The notes below the pieces were generated by a model. It had not been told where the DNA came from. It did not search any database and saw only the letters and a list, made by a program, of their open reading frames with translations. This document shows positions 28,553-37,938 of a stretch of DNA of 37,938 bases, one piece after another (within the stretch, counting starts at the first letter, position 1; every line of letters begins with the position of its first letter). Made by a program: the position numbers and the translations under genes. The DNA comes from Candidatus Sumerlaeales bacterium (GTDB taxonomy: Bacteria > Sumerlaeota > Sumerlaeia > Sumerlaeales > Sumerlaeaceae), in NCBI GenBank assembly GCA_038243585.1, contig JBBSQY010000032.1, positions 1 to 37,938 on the forward strand. The letters are read 5' to 3'.

Positions 28553-31500
28553 TCAGGGATCAATAAGGTGGCAGGTAAGGAAGATCAGCAGGTTAGTGCG
28601 GTCGATCTTATCTGAGGTGCGTCCGAAGAGCAGTTTACCGACATAAGGCAGATTGCGCAACACTGGCACACCGGAATCACTGGTACGGCTACGTTCGCCT
28701 GTCCAGCCTCCCAGAACAATCGTCCCGTGATTATTAACGCGGGCTACTGTGGTGAGAGAGCGACGTCTAACTTCGTAAGGCACCACAGACCCATCTGGAG
28801 GAAGATGTAAAGCTGGCGGAGTAAAGCCATAGCCAACATAGTGGTCAACAGAGCCGCTGATAGCGGGGCCGCCTGCACCTATGGAAGTTGTGCTCCCACC
28901 GACAACTGTCGGAAATCCGGGGCTGATCTGATTGCCAAAGTCAGCAAATTGCAGATCGGTAATCTCCAGTCGTATCTCGCCCGCCTGCGTAATCTGCGGT
29001 GTGACCGACATGTTAACATGGTTAATACGTGGTACCCTGGTTTGCTCTGAGTCACCCGTACCTCCAACGCTTGTACTGACCAGACCGAAGTCACGGCTGA
29101 CCGAGAACTCCGCCAGTTCATTGTTTTCGACGGTAATGGTTGGACCATTCGTCATGTTCAAGACACCTTCACTCTCAAGTGCCCTGAGCGTAAAGCTGAT
29201 TGGAGACTCTCCGCCTGTAATAATGTTAAAGACAGACGTTCCTTTAAGCAGACTATTGTTAAAGGTATCGTCGGCGAAAGGATCGAAAGGCGACCGACCT
29301 AGCTCTCCAATCTGATCATTTTTAGCAAAGTCAAAAAAGTTGGAGTTGTTGCTGAAATCCGGTGAACCCTGGCCTAGATTGGCTAGATTCAACTCGGGCA
29401 TGAACTCTTTAGCCCTGGTCTCATTAACTTCCACCAGCTTTGTCTCGATGCTGACCTGCATGACTGGGATATCCAGTTGCTCAAGCCAGTCCTTAACTTC
29501 GGCTATTTCATTCGGGTTTGTATAACGAATCAGAAGCGCATTCATGTTTGGAACGTTTTCTATCACAATTCCGATCTCTTCATCGATCGAATTAGTAATT
29601 GCACCTGCGATTGTGTTGCCCGGAGCGCTCGGAACGAAGCCGAGTCCACCTCCAGCGAGGCCGCCACCAGGAAATCCGCCGCCCAAACCGCCCCCAAATC
29701 CTACGCCACCGATTGCGCCGGCGCTTATTGCGACTCGCAAGCGAACGCTGCCTTCACCGCTGCCGGCATCAGACGGACGGATGTCTTCAGCCGTAATCTC
29801 ATATTCGTCGACGAATTCCGTATCAAATTCTTCGAGCGTAAGATCCTGGCTGCTGGTTGCAGTGCGAACGATCAATTCTGCGGAGCGCTGGTTATTGCCA
29901 CCACCACCACCACCGCCGCCAGTGTCTGGCTGCCCTTCAATGCGCCGAACACGAATGTTCAGATCACCGAATATGAGTTCGCCCTCAGTGCGTACTGTCT
30001 TAGTTACTGAATTTCCAACTCCACCGCCTACACGGCCGAGCCCTGCGCCAAGGCCAAGAACCTGATCAAGTAGAGTTTTCATTTCGACTGCCGTCTGATG
30101 TTTCAGAAAAATAATTTCAGACTTCTGTTCGGATGAGCTAAGAGTCGGAAGTGATTTAAGATAATCGCTTACGATCTCCAGGTTGCCAGGGTTATCAGTT
30201 ATAGTAAGTTGAAGGCTGTTCGGATCATACCAGAAACGGCGGCCTTCTGCTGCGGCTGATTCTTCACCGCTTTGCGAGTAGAGGATAGTCTTAACAACGG
30301 TCACGATGCTTTGTGCCATGTCTCGTGCCTGCTCGACATTTTCAGGTCCGATAGGTTCCCGCGGTACAAGGCTGTAAGACTGAACTCCCAAGGTCTGATT
30401 TTCCAACTTTTTGAGAAAGTTTTTATCTAATAGGAGCTGTTCGATCTTCGCTACGTTTTCTGCGGAATCTTTTACAATCAGATCGTCGCCATCAACTACG
30501 ACGCGGCGATCAAGATCCCATGCAGCGTCCGAGTTAACTTTTACGATCGCCTCAACCAGGGCTTTAATCCGCTGGCCTTCTTCAGGTCTGATTTTCCAGT
30601 TTTTAAAGACCAGTTGCTGCGGCGCGTCCACTTGAAGATCCTTCAGGAACGCTTCGATCTTATTAAGATTCTCTGCGCTGTCTGTTACGATCAGCAGGTT
30701 TTCCCGATCGTCAAGCAACAGCTCGACGTTTCTCATCGGAGGCAGACCTTCGGGACCATAGAGGTACCGCTGTAGTGTCCGGTTTTCCAGCAAAGGCTTA
30801 AGGCGGCCTACTTGGGCCGGTGTCAGATTGTAGAACTTGTTGTGCAGATCCGTGGTTACTGATACCACGTCACCAGTGCGATGCCATTTCAACCCAACAG
30901 GCAGAAGCACGATGTCTAATGCGTCCTGAAGCACAGTCTGATCAAATTTAGCGGTAACGCTTAAGTCGGCGTCTACGCCGTCCGCCACATAAAAGTTGAT
31001 GTCCGTGATTAGCGACATCGCCTGCAGAAACTCTACGAGGGTTTTTTGCCCTGCGGAATCGTACGTTACTGCTGTTTCAAGCTTGTTGGTGGAAGAGACT
31101 TCTTTTTGGAGCTCCACCGCGTTATACTGATGCTGTTGCACCCAAGCCTCATACTCGGAGCGAGTTTGCTCAAGGTACTGAACGGCACGCGGATGGTTTG
31201 GATCAAGAGTCAGCGCAAAGTTCCAGTGTTGAACAGCGACATCAAGGCGCGCGGCCTGATAAGCCACGAGACCCTGTTGAAACGCGGACTCAGCATCCTG
31301 AGCTGTCTGCGCTGTTGCAATCGAAGGGCCACCCGGAATAGAAGGGAGCGGAACAGGTCCGCCTTCACCAGCGCGAGCAACTTCAATTTTCCTGATATAT
31401 GCTTTAGCCTCTGCATTGGCCGGGTCTTTATCCAGGACAGCCTGAAAAGTAGTCAGAGACTCGCGAAGCTGACCCGATTCAAATTTTGAGCGGCCTTCCG

Positions 31501-33631
31501 TTAGAAGCGACCCCACTCCGTCTGGTCCAGGACCAATAGGAGGAGGAAGAATCGGAGCTTCCGGCGACGCGACATCTAAAGAGGTTGATTCAACAACGGT
31601 GTCAGTTGCCGGCGTCACATCTGCTACGACCTCCGTGGTGGTAACAGCAACGGCACCCAGAGACGGCAGTGCTTTTACGCTATCGGAAGATAGTTCCTCC
31701 GCTAGTTTGGCAGCACTTGTGTTCTTCGGATCCAGTACTATCGCTTTGCGGACAGATTCCAGAGCCTGCTCGCGGCGCCCTTCCTGCAAATCAGTCTGAG
31801 CTGTGCGCAGGAGCTTATCTGCTTCTACGATCGGATCAGTTGATGCACTGGCGTCGCCTGCGGCTTCCCCATTTGAAGTTAAAGTAGATGTTGAAACACT
31901 GACTGTTTTTTCGGTTTCCGTAACGGCAACGCTGCTTGCCTGGGCGACTTCTTTAAGGTCATCTTTTAATTGATCAAGATTAAGAACCGGAGCGGCTTTT
32001 TCTTTAGCTGGCTTTGCCTTGGCTTCCTCCAGCTTGCGCTCGGCACGTTCAAGGTAGCTTTGAGCTTCGCGATAATCCGACTGCGTTGCCAGGGCCAACT
32101 CAAACTTTTTGCGCGAGTCCGAATACTTGCCCGCGTTATAAAGCTTAATTCCTTCGTTCGTTTCAGATACAGCCTGGTTAAAAAGTTTCTTATCCGCAGC
32201 GGCCTGGGCAAGCTTCTTCTCTGTCTCAGCTTTAGCGGCGGCTTCAGTAGCTTCTTTTTCAGCATCGGCAAGTTTGCGAGCTTCGTCAGCTTTTTTCTCG
32301 GCCGCTTTGCGGTCTTCTTCAGCCTTGGCGGCTACTTCAGCAGCTTCACGATCAGCTTCCGCCGTTTTGGCCGCAAGCTCTTTCTCAGCCTTTACCTTCT
32401 CGGCTTTTTCCTTGGCTACCAGTTCTTTTTCGGCTTTTTCGCGGTCAGCTTTTTCTTGCTCAGCCTGCGCTGCAGCCTTCTTCTCAGCGGCGATCTTTTC
32501 CTTCTCCGCTTTATCGGCTGCTAGTTTCTCCGCCTTGGCAACAGCTAGCTTCTCAGCCTTATCAGCCTTGGCTTGCTCAGCGGCTGCTTTTTCGTCTCGT
32601 GCTTTTTTCTCGGACTTCTGGCGTGCGGCTTCTTTTATAACTTCAGCCTTGGCATCAGCCTCAGCCTTGTCTTTGGCTTTCAGATCTACTTCAAGGTTAA
32701 GTTTTGCAGCTGCGCCTGGCGCTGGAGGATCCAGGCTGGCGACAACTTTGGCATCACCCTGCTGCAACTTCGCTGCTCCGTCGGCTAGCCCAATGCTTGC
32801 CTCCGATAGAAGTTCACGGGCAGATACCACACGCTGGCCGCCGACTTTTTGGGTCAGCCGACCGATAGCTTGGGCGGCATCATTCGCCGCCGCCTCATCG
32901 GACTTTGATGCAGGCGCGGCAGATTTGGAAACGTTATCATCAAGTTTGGGTTTTACGGGTTCGCTTTCAGGCGCATCTGCTTTAGCAACTTCCGCCTTAA
33001 TGGCCACAGCTTGAACTGCGGGCTTATCATCAAGCGAAACAGCTATCGACACCGGCCTCGAAAACGAATTACTGCCCCCGTCAAGGGCCATTGAAACGGA
33101 TCCCTTAACTGAGACTTGCTGGTCGTTTCCGCCAAATGACTGGGTAACAGGCGCAGGTGTGGCATTAGCTTTAACCGCGTTAACGGTAGCCACCACATCC
33201 ACTTTATCTGTACGGCCAGCAACCCCGGCAGGGATTTGGGCCGACAACGCATTTGGAGAAAAACGCTCTCCGCTGCTCTTCTGGTCAATCTCACGCAGAT
33301 ACCTCTGCGCCTCAGAATTAGCGTCATCCAGTTTCAGTGCATCACTGAAATACGAGCGCGCAGTAAGCATTTCACCATCACGATAAGCTCGGCGACCATC
33401 CACCAGCAGTCGTGATAATTGCTCAGTGCTACTCAGTCCGCCCCCAGGATTCTGGGGTGCAGGTTGTCCGCCCTTTTTTACGACGGCACGCTTATTGCTC
33501 TTAGTTGATTCAGATTTCGTGGGCTGCGCAGGGGAGTCCGCCGGTATAACACCGGCGCAGTAGCCCGCCATGCCCAGCGGCACGAACAGAAAAAAACAGA
33601 GCGTAAACTCTCGGCGAGTTTTTAACAGCAT
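28553..33631 (-). CDS. Giant outer-membrane secretin (GspD/PilQ superfamily) with N-terminal TPR units and a TolA-like helical segment
   Basis: C-terminal LDIPVMQVSIETKLVEV, LRALESEG, VTPQIT, GTIVLGG and SGVPVLRNLPYVGKLLFG...LLIFLT. N0/STN domain (LVEFLQAMSLITDINF...LQDALDIVL) and three N-type repeats. GAGGAG RBS. Confidence 0.9.
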   Translation of the reverse strand: MLLKTRREFTLCFFLFVPLGMAGYCAGVIPADSPAQPTKSESTKSNKRAVVKKGGQPAPQNPGGGLSSTEQLSRLLVDGRRAYRDGEMLTARSYFSDALKLDDANSEAQRYLREIDQKSSGERFSPNALSAQIPAGVAGRTDKVDVVATVNAVKANATPAPVTQSFGGNDQQVSVKGSVSMALDGGSNSFSRPVSIAVSLDDKPAVQAVAIKAEVAKADAPESEPVKPKLDDNVSKSAAPASKSDEAAANDAAQAIGRLTQKVGGQRVVSARELLSEASIGLADGAAKLQQGDAKVVASLDPPAPGAAAKLNLEVDLKAKDKAEADAKAEVIKEAARQKSEKKARDEKAAAEQAKADKAEKLAVAKAEKLAADKAEKEKIAAEKKAAAQAEQEKADREKAEKELVAKEKAEKVKAEKELAAKTAEADREAAEVAAKAEEDRKAAEKKADEARKLADAEKEATEAAAKAETEKKLAQAAADKKLFNQAVSETNEGIKLYNAGKYSDSRKKFELALATQSDYREAQSYLERAERKLEEAKAKPAKEKAAPVLNLDQLKDDLKEVAQASSVAVTETEKTVSVSTSTLTSNGEAAGDASASTDPIVEADKLLRTAQTDLQEGRREQALESVRKAIVLDPKNTSAAKLAEELSSDSVKALPSLGAVAVTTTEVVADVTPATDTVVESTSLDVASPEAPILPPPIGPGPDGVGSLLTEGRSKFESGQLRESLTTFQAVLDKDPANAEAKAYIRKIEVARAGEGGPVPLPSIPGGPSIATAQTAQDAESAFQQGLVAYQAARLDVAVQHWNFALTLDPNHPRAVQYLEQTRSEYEAWVQQHQYNAVELQKEVSSTNKLETAVTYDSAGQKTLVEFLQAMSLITDINFYVADGVDADLSVTAKFDQTVLQDALDIVLLPVGLKWHRTGDVVSVTTDLHNKFYNLTPAQVGRLKPLLENRTLQRYLYGPEGLPPMRNVELLLDDRENLLIVTDSAENLNKIEAFLKDLQVDAPQQLVFKNWKIRPEEGQRIKALVEAIVKVNSDAAWDLDRRVVVDGDDLIVKDSAENVAKIEQLLLDKNFLKKLENQTLGVQSYSLVPREPIGPENVEQARDMAQSIVTVVKTILYSQSGEESAAAEGRRFWYDPNSLQLTITDNPGNLEIVSDYLKSLPTLSSSEQKSEIIFLKHQTAVEMKTLLDQVLGLGAGLGRVGGGVGNSVTKTVRTEGELIFGDLNIRVRRIEGQPDTGGGGGGGGNNQRSAELIVRTATSSQDLTLEEFDTEFVDEYEITAEDIRPSDAGSGEGSVRLRVAISAGAIGGVGFGGGLGGGFPGGGLAGGGLGFVPSAPGNTIAGAITNSIDEEIGIVIENVPNMNALLIRYTNPNEIAEVKDWLEQLDIPVMQVSIETKLVEVNETRAKEFMPELNLANLGQGSPDFSNNSNFFDFAKNDQIGELGRSPFDPFADDTFNNSLLKGTSVFNIITGGESPISFTLRALESEGVLNMTNGPTITVENNELAEFSVSRDFGLVSTSVGGTGDSEQTRVPRINHVNMSVTPQITQAGEIRLEITDLQFADFGNQISPGFPTVVGGSTTSIGAGGPAISGSVDHYVGYGFTPPALHLPPDGSVVPYEVRRRSLTTVARVNNHGTIVLGGWTGERSRTSDSGVPVLRNLPYVGKLLFGRTSDKIDRTNLLIFLTCHLIDP

Positions 33632-34291
33632 CTAAGGGACCCTTCTCCTCTAGCGATGCTCACAAATGCTAGCAATCAATGGTTTTGGCAACCGGCGTCA
33701 CATCCCGTCGAATTTCAAACAATGGCGGAAAATTAACCAACTACCCTCGGCAATGCGGCTGTTATTAAGAACCCCGATATGTGAAAGCAACTAAAAACCG
33801 CACTGCAATCACAGGAAAACCAACGGACTTTTCACCAACAAACGCAAACTCCCTTGAAAGGGAAACCGCTTGTCGTATTTTACAGTACGGTCGTCAACAA
33901 TAAATTACGCACATGTATGGAAAAATGAAACTTCGCGACTTAGAGGCTAGGTCGCTGCGGTAAAAGATACGGGTTTAGCGTAATCCGTCCTAATTTATAA
34001 ATCATTAGTTAAAGCCGGAGTTCAGGCGCTATACCTGAGTACGGAGCTCTTTTTGACGGCGAGATATATTTAGAATTCGTGGCTAAATGACCCGTTCTGC
34101 AATTCGACATGTCAAAAAAAACACCCTGACAGACGGAGTACTGGAGAGCAGGGTTCCGTCCAACGACAAGATTTACGTTTTACAGATTATACGCTAATTT
34201 AAACAGCGGCAGTAATCCGTCCGCCATTAAATCCAGAGGTAGGTAATGGCGCGTCCATCCTCATCCTCCCGGAAACCGCAAGACACCTCTA

Positions 34292-35611
34292 TCATCCAGC
34301 AGATCGTTGCTTAATCTCAATAAACGAGTTTAACAGCGGAATCGTCAGTTGCTTCGGTTCCACATCCAGCACATGGATTCCGCTGCGTTTCAGGGTGTGC
34401 AGGGTTTGCTCCCGTTCCCGCATAAGCCTGAGGGCGAAAGTTTTTCGGGCAACGTCCTGACTATCATCAATCGGCTCCAGCGCCGCCTGAGTCAGCAGCG
34501 GCGTTCGCAGCGCGGCAAACACAATTTCGTGCCTCCCTCGCAAAGACATCAGTGCCGCCCGATACCGCTCTGTGGTCTCCGCCTCCATCATATCCGACAG
34601 GATCACAAGCAGCGCCCGCTTGCGCTGCCGGCTTTGCAGGGTGGCAAACATCGGGGCGAAATTCGTTTCCACCCAGCCCGGTTTCACATTATAAAGATGG
34701 TCGATAAGAATGCGGTGAGACGCCGCCCCGGCGATGGGCGACAAAAACCCGCGCACCTTGCTGTCGAAAATCCCCAACCCACAGCGGTCCCCGGTCTGCA
34801 GCGCCACCCTCGCGATTACCAGCGCCGCGTTCACTGCGCAATCCAGCTTAGTGCCATTCTCCACCTGAGTGCCCATCAACCGGCCACAATCCACCAGCAC
34901 CACCACGTCCCGGTGTTGCTCCATCTGATAGCGACACACGATGAGCCGGTTTAGCCGCGCGGTGCTTCGCCAATTGATCCGACGCACGTCATCGCCCTCT
35001 CGATATTCCGACAGCGATTCGAATTCGGTCCCGTCTCCGCGATTGCGAGACTCGCTGATCTGGTCCATTAACTGGCGTTCATCCAGGGCGTCCTTCGACA
35101 ATTCTTCATCCGGAACAAGACTTTCCGGCAGAACCCGAATGACCGAGCCAGTCGCACAGGATTTTTGCAACTCCACCAGTCCCAGCTTTCCCTTAATGCG
35201 CAACCATGAATTTCCGAAGGTATGACTCCCGCGCTCCGGGATCGTCAGCGGGTAGGAAAGCAGCGTCTCCCCCGGCCCGATTTCCGACGGATATATCTGC
35301 AACTGCTGCAATGCGCCCGGCGGCACAACATCCCGAACGATCCCCCGATAGTCGCCGCCGCCCACGTTCACGATATTAAGCTTCACCGAAAACATACGCC
35401 CCCGCGCGACAATCGGCGGCAGAATACGCTCCACCTGGATACGCTTAAGGGCCAGCCTCAGCGACCACCCCTCCGCGACCGACGCCACGACCAGCAGCGC
35501 CATCAGGACCAGAGAAGCCTGCATGGCCACGGGAGTAAAAAAGGCCAGTCCTGCCAGAACAGTAAGGACCGCCACAGCCCAAATGGCCGTTGTACCGGGC
35601 CGAAAGATCAA
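34292..35611 (-). CDS. DUF58 domain protein (MoxR-associated)
   Basis: Two N-terminal TM segments, GTEFESLSEYREGDDVRRINWRSTAR, LVDCGRLM, KLDCAVNAAL and GDRCGL. TTGA coupling to moxR. Confidence 0.9.
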   Translation of the reverse strand: MIFRPGTTAIWAVAVLTVLAGLAFFTPVAMQASLVLMALLVVASVAEGWSLRLALKRIQVERILPPIVARGRMFSVKLNIVNVGGGDYRGIVRDVVPPGALQQLQIYPSEIGPGETLLSYPLTIPERGSHTFGNSWLRIKGKLGLVELQKSCATGSVIRVLPESLVPDEELSKDALDERQLMDQISESRNRGDGTEFESLSEYREGDDVRRINWRSTARLNRLIVCRYQMEQHRDVVVLVDCGRLMGTQVENGTKLDCAVNAALVIARVALQTGDRCGLGIFDSKVRGFLSPIAGAASHRILIDHLYNVKPGWVETNFAPMFATLQSRQRKRALLVILSDMMEAETTERYRAALMSLRGRHEIVFAALRTPLLTQAALEPIDDSQDVARKTFALRLMREREQTLHTLKRSGIHVLDVEPKQLTIPLLNSFIEIKQRSAG

Positions 35612-36555
35612 CGGGGAACTTCAACCATATCCATTACGTTCTCCAGCAGGTCGTCCGCCCGGGCCCCTTCCATCTCGGCCATCGGGCTAAGCACCACGCG
35701 GTGCCGCATCGTGGGCAGAAACACACTCTTCACGTCATCCGGGGTCACATAGTCCCGGTCCGCGAACCGCGCCAGGCTTTTCGCCGCCATCAGCAGCATG
35801 ATTCCCGCGCGCGGGCTCGCTCCCACCGCCAGGCTGTCGTCGTCGCGGGTGCCCTGCACCAGCTTCTGCACATAAGTGATGACTTCGTCCCGAACGAAAG
35901 TCTCGCGGATTACCCCACGCGCCTCCAGTAACTCCGCCGGCGTCACCACGGCCTCCACGCCCATGCCCGCCGGGTTGCCCCGGCCGCCTGTCCCGTGGTG
36001 ACCGCGCAGAATCTGTTCCTCGTCCTGCGCCGCTGGATAATCCACAATTAGTTTAAACATGAAACGATCCAACTGCGCAATAGGCAGCGGATACGTGCCT
36101 TCCTGTTCAATGGGATTTTGCGTTGCGAAAACCACAAAAGGATCAGGAAGCGCATAGGTGTGCCCCCCATAGGTGATCTGCAATTCCTGCATGGCTTCCA
36201 GCAGCGCCGACTGGGTGCGGGCCGAGGCGCGGTTGAGCTCGTCCGCAAGAAGGAAGTTTGTAAAAACCGGTCCCCGCACAAAATCAAACGTGCGAGTGTC
36301 CTCTCGAAACACGCTGGACCCCGTAATGTCACCCGGCAATAGATCCGGCGTCATTTGCACGCGGCCATAATCAAGCTGCAACGCTGCAGCGATGGTTCGC
36401 ACCAGCAGGGTTTTCGCGGTGCCCGGCACTCCCTCCAGCAGCACGTGGCCGCTGCTGAACAACGCGACCACCGCAAGATCCACCACCTCGTCCTGCCCGA
36501 ATATCACCTTGCCAAGCTGCTCCCTGATGCGACCATGTACGTCTTTTAAAGACAC
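35608..36555 (-). CDS. moxR: MoxR-family AAA+ ATPase
   Basis: GHVLLEGVPGTAKT, TPDLLPGDITG, LLADELNRA, ATQNPIEQEGTYPLP.AQLDRF and GASPRA. Confidence 0.95.
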   Translation of the reverse strand: MSLKDVHGRIREQLGKVIFGQDEVVDLAVVALFSSGHVLLEGVPGTAKTLLVRTIAAALQLDYGRVQMTPDLLPGDITGSSVFREDTRTFDFVRGPVFTNFLLADELNRASARTQSALLEAMQELQITYGGHTYALPDPFVVFATQNPIEQEGTYPLPIAQLDRFMFKLIVDYPAAQDEEQILRGHHGTGGRGNPAGMGVEAVVTPAELLEARGVIRETFVRDEVITYVQKLVQGTRDDDSLAVGASPRAGIMLLMAAKSLARFADRDYVTPDDVKSVFLPTMRHRVVLSPMAEMEGARADDLLENVMDMVEVPR

Positions 36556-37862
36556 CGGTTTATCTCCCTCGATACTTCTAAAAATTGCGCGTCGTCCACT
36601 GATTGTTTCTGGCCTAAAAGCCCGTCGATCTTCTGGTTGGCCGATCTGAGATGTCCAGCTTTTTCCGGGTGATGCCGCTCCAGGGCGGCAGCCACATCCG
36701 TCACGTTTTCCTGCCCGGGCGAAAGAGACAGCCGCTCTCGCAGAGCCCAGACCACTCCCCTTCGCAGCTCATACAGCAAAAACCGCTTTTGGCGCGAACG
36801 CGTAAACAGGGTCGCCATGGCGTCCAGATATTCCCCGAGTGACCGACGACTGACCGGCTTCGGAGACAACGGCGGACCCAGGGCCACCGCCTGCCGCCAG
36901 ATCCACGCCGCGACACCAAATGCAACAATTACGAACAGCCACCCATAATGCGGCAGTGTAAGCAGCCAAAGCGGATTGCCGCGCGCCATGAGGCCATGGT
37001 AAAACTCATCAAATACAAGCGAGCGTCCCCCGCCGCCGAGAAGGTTAACCGTCAGCACAGCATTATCGCTTTTATCCACCAAATAATTATTAAACAGGGC
37101 AGAATCCGTCACCACCGTAACCTGCCCCCTCCCCTGTGGAAACATCGCCACCAGCGTATAATTAACATCATCTTCTGACGTAACCGTCAGGGCGCTTACC
37201 TCGGTCGTTGCGGTAGTTGTCTCTATCACCTGCAACTTTTTCGCGGGCAGGCGCAACTGCCTCACATCCGCAGCGAGATATGTCAGATCATTGATTAGCG
37301 TGGCGGATGTCAGTCGTGTGGAGCGCTCTTTGGTCACCTCAACGCCAACAACTTTTTCTCGCTGCGCCCGCTCCCGGTCCGCCACAAGATCCGCAGAGGT
37401 GGTCGTCTCAGCTTCCAGAGAAATCTCCGTCAATGCCAGCGCCGGAAATCCCAGTTCTTCGATAACCGTCGTGTCCCAGATTTCGTTGTCGGACAGTTTT
37501 TCCCAAGTATCATCGGCATAAGAAGCCAGGACGACAACAGCATGGCCTCCATTCTCTATCCATTCCGCGGTACGCGCCAGATGTTCGGATTCATATTCCA
37601 CGAGATTCTGGTCGGGCGCGATCAGCAGCAGACGATCGTTAGACCCCAGACCCATGGGCGGTGGCGTAAGCGATCGCCGAACCGGCACGCGTAGCTTCTC
37701 AAGGATTTCATAAATTCCGCGATGGCCGTGGGCCCTGGTGCCATAGGTGTTCTTCGCCAACCCACCGGAATCCGGCGGCTTCGACAGATTGTAAACGGTC
37801 GCGCCGATAGAGAGCAACGCCGCGAGAACAAACAGCACAAGGGCGTTACGGGCGCTAAGCAC
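36546..37862 (-). CDS. DUF4350 domain membrane protein
   Basis: N-terminal TM, NTYGTRAHGHRGIYEILEK, GRGQVTVVTDSALFNN, FDEFYHG, a second TM and EYLDAMATLF. Start more likely GTG 37862 (GAAGG upstream, overlapping the upstream stop) than 37931. Confidence 0.8.
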   Translation of the reverse strand: MLSARNALVLFVLAALLSIGATVYNLSKPPDSGGLAKNTYGTRAHGHRGIYEILEKLRVPVRRSLTPPPMGLGSNDRLLLIAPDQNLVEYESEHLARTAEWIENGGHAVVVLASYADDTWEKLSDNEIWDTTVIEELGFPALALTEISLEAETTTSADLVADRERAQREKVVGVEVTKERSTRLTSATLINDLTYLAADVRQLRLPAKKLQVIETTTATTEVSALTVTSEDDVNYTLVAMFPQGRGQVTVVTDSALFNNYLVDKSDNAVLTVNLLGGGGRSLVFDEFYHGLMARGNPLWLLTLPHYGWLFVIVAFGVAAWIWRQAVALGPPLSPKPVSRRSLGEYLDAMATLFTRSRQKRFLLYELRRGVVWALRERLSLSPGQENVTDVAAALERHHPEKAGHLRSANQKIDGLLGQKQSVDDAQFLEVSREINRCL

Positions 37863-37938
37863 GAAGGTTGCCTTCGGACACGAGTTGTTCGATCTGCTGG
37901 TGCGCCTGAAAACACGCCTCAACGTCGCCACGCGAACA
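37855..37938 (-). CDS. C-terminal fragment of upstream gene, probably a DUF4129 protein (partial)
   Basis: Open frame from the window edge reads CSRGDVEACFQAHQQIEQLVSEGNLRA*. Its stop overlaps the DUF4350 start. The family call rests mainly on the usual DUF4129-DUF4350-MoxR-DUF58 order. Confidence 0.5.
   Translation of the reverse strand, partial: CSRGDVEACFQAHQQIEQLVSEGNLRA

Noticed and set aside
31970..33014. Plus-strand Phe/Ser/Ala-rich ORFs (184 and 246 aa)
   Set aside because: Reverse-complement artefact of the secretin K/A/E rod.
33555..33631. Lipobox in the secretin signal peptide (MAGYC)
   Set aside because: Tyr at -1 does not fit [LVI][ASTVI][GAS]C, so lipidation is unsupported.
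33840..33872. GCAAACTCCCTTGAAAGGGAAACCGC resembling P2 of a c-di-GMP-I riboswitch
   Set aside because: It is on the strand opposite to the secretin leader, and it lacks GACGCAAAG and the P3 tetraloop receptor.
37863..37931. Longer start for the DUF4350 gene
   Set aside because: This stretch is better explained as the end of the upstream gene, whose stop overlaps GTG 37862.

Overview
Bacterial chromosomal window with about 21 genes and no rRNA, tRNA, CRISPR array or transposase. LolA, a secretin and PilMN indicate a diderm. The protein style is reminiscent of Candidatus Sumerlaeota/BRC1, but that is inference only. In order: a 5'-truncated giant GHL10 glycoside hydrolase (Fn3, golvesin/xanthan-lyase-CBD-like and HYR modules); a glycine-zipper protein behind a sigma54-type promoter; a GTAG-REP doublet; lolA; a 60-aa ORF behind a second sigma54-type promoter; a secreted low-complexity/NTF2-like protein; orphan grpE and fabF-like genes; a multidomain secreted M1 aminopeptidase with a short C-terminal tail (AGIEDFNLY); a GAF2-PAS4-GGDEF-EAL gene translationally coupled to two short CbiX/SirB chelatase genes; a PilM-PilN fusion followed by a TM-TPR gene; valS; an Amidase_3; an orphan oppD/dppD; a 1692-aa secretin with five TPR units and a TolA-like stalk; and the end of a DUF4129-DUF4350-MoxR-DUF58 operon. 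The best novelty candidates are (i) a non-canonical type IV filament/T2SS-like export machine (giant TPR/TolA secretin, PilMN fusion, TM-TPR partner), possibly handling C-terminally tagged exoenzymes, and (ii) the c-di-GMP enzyme coupled to an asymmetric, Cys-tailed split chelatase. All family calls come from motif recognition by eye, not from database searches.
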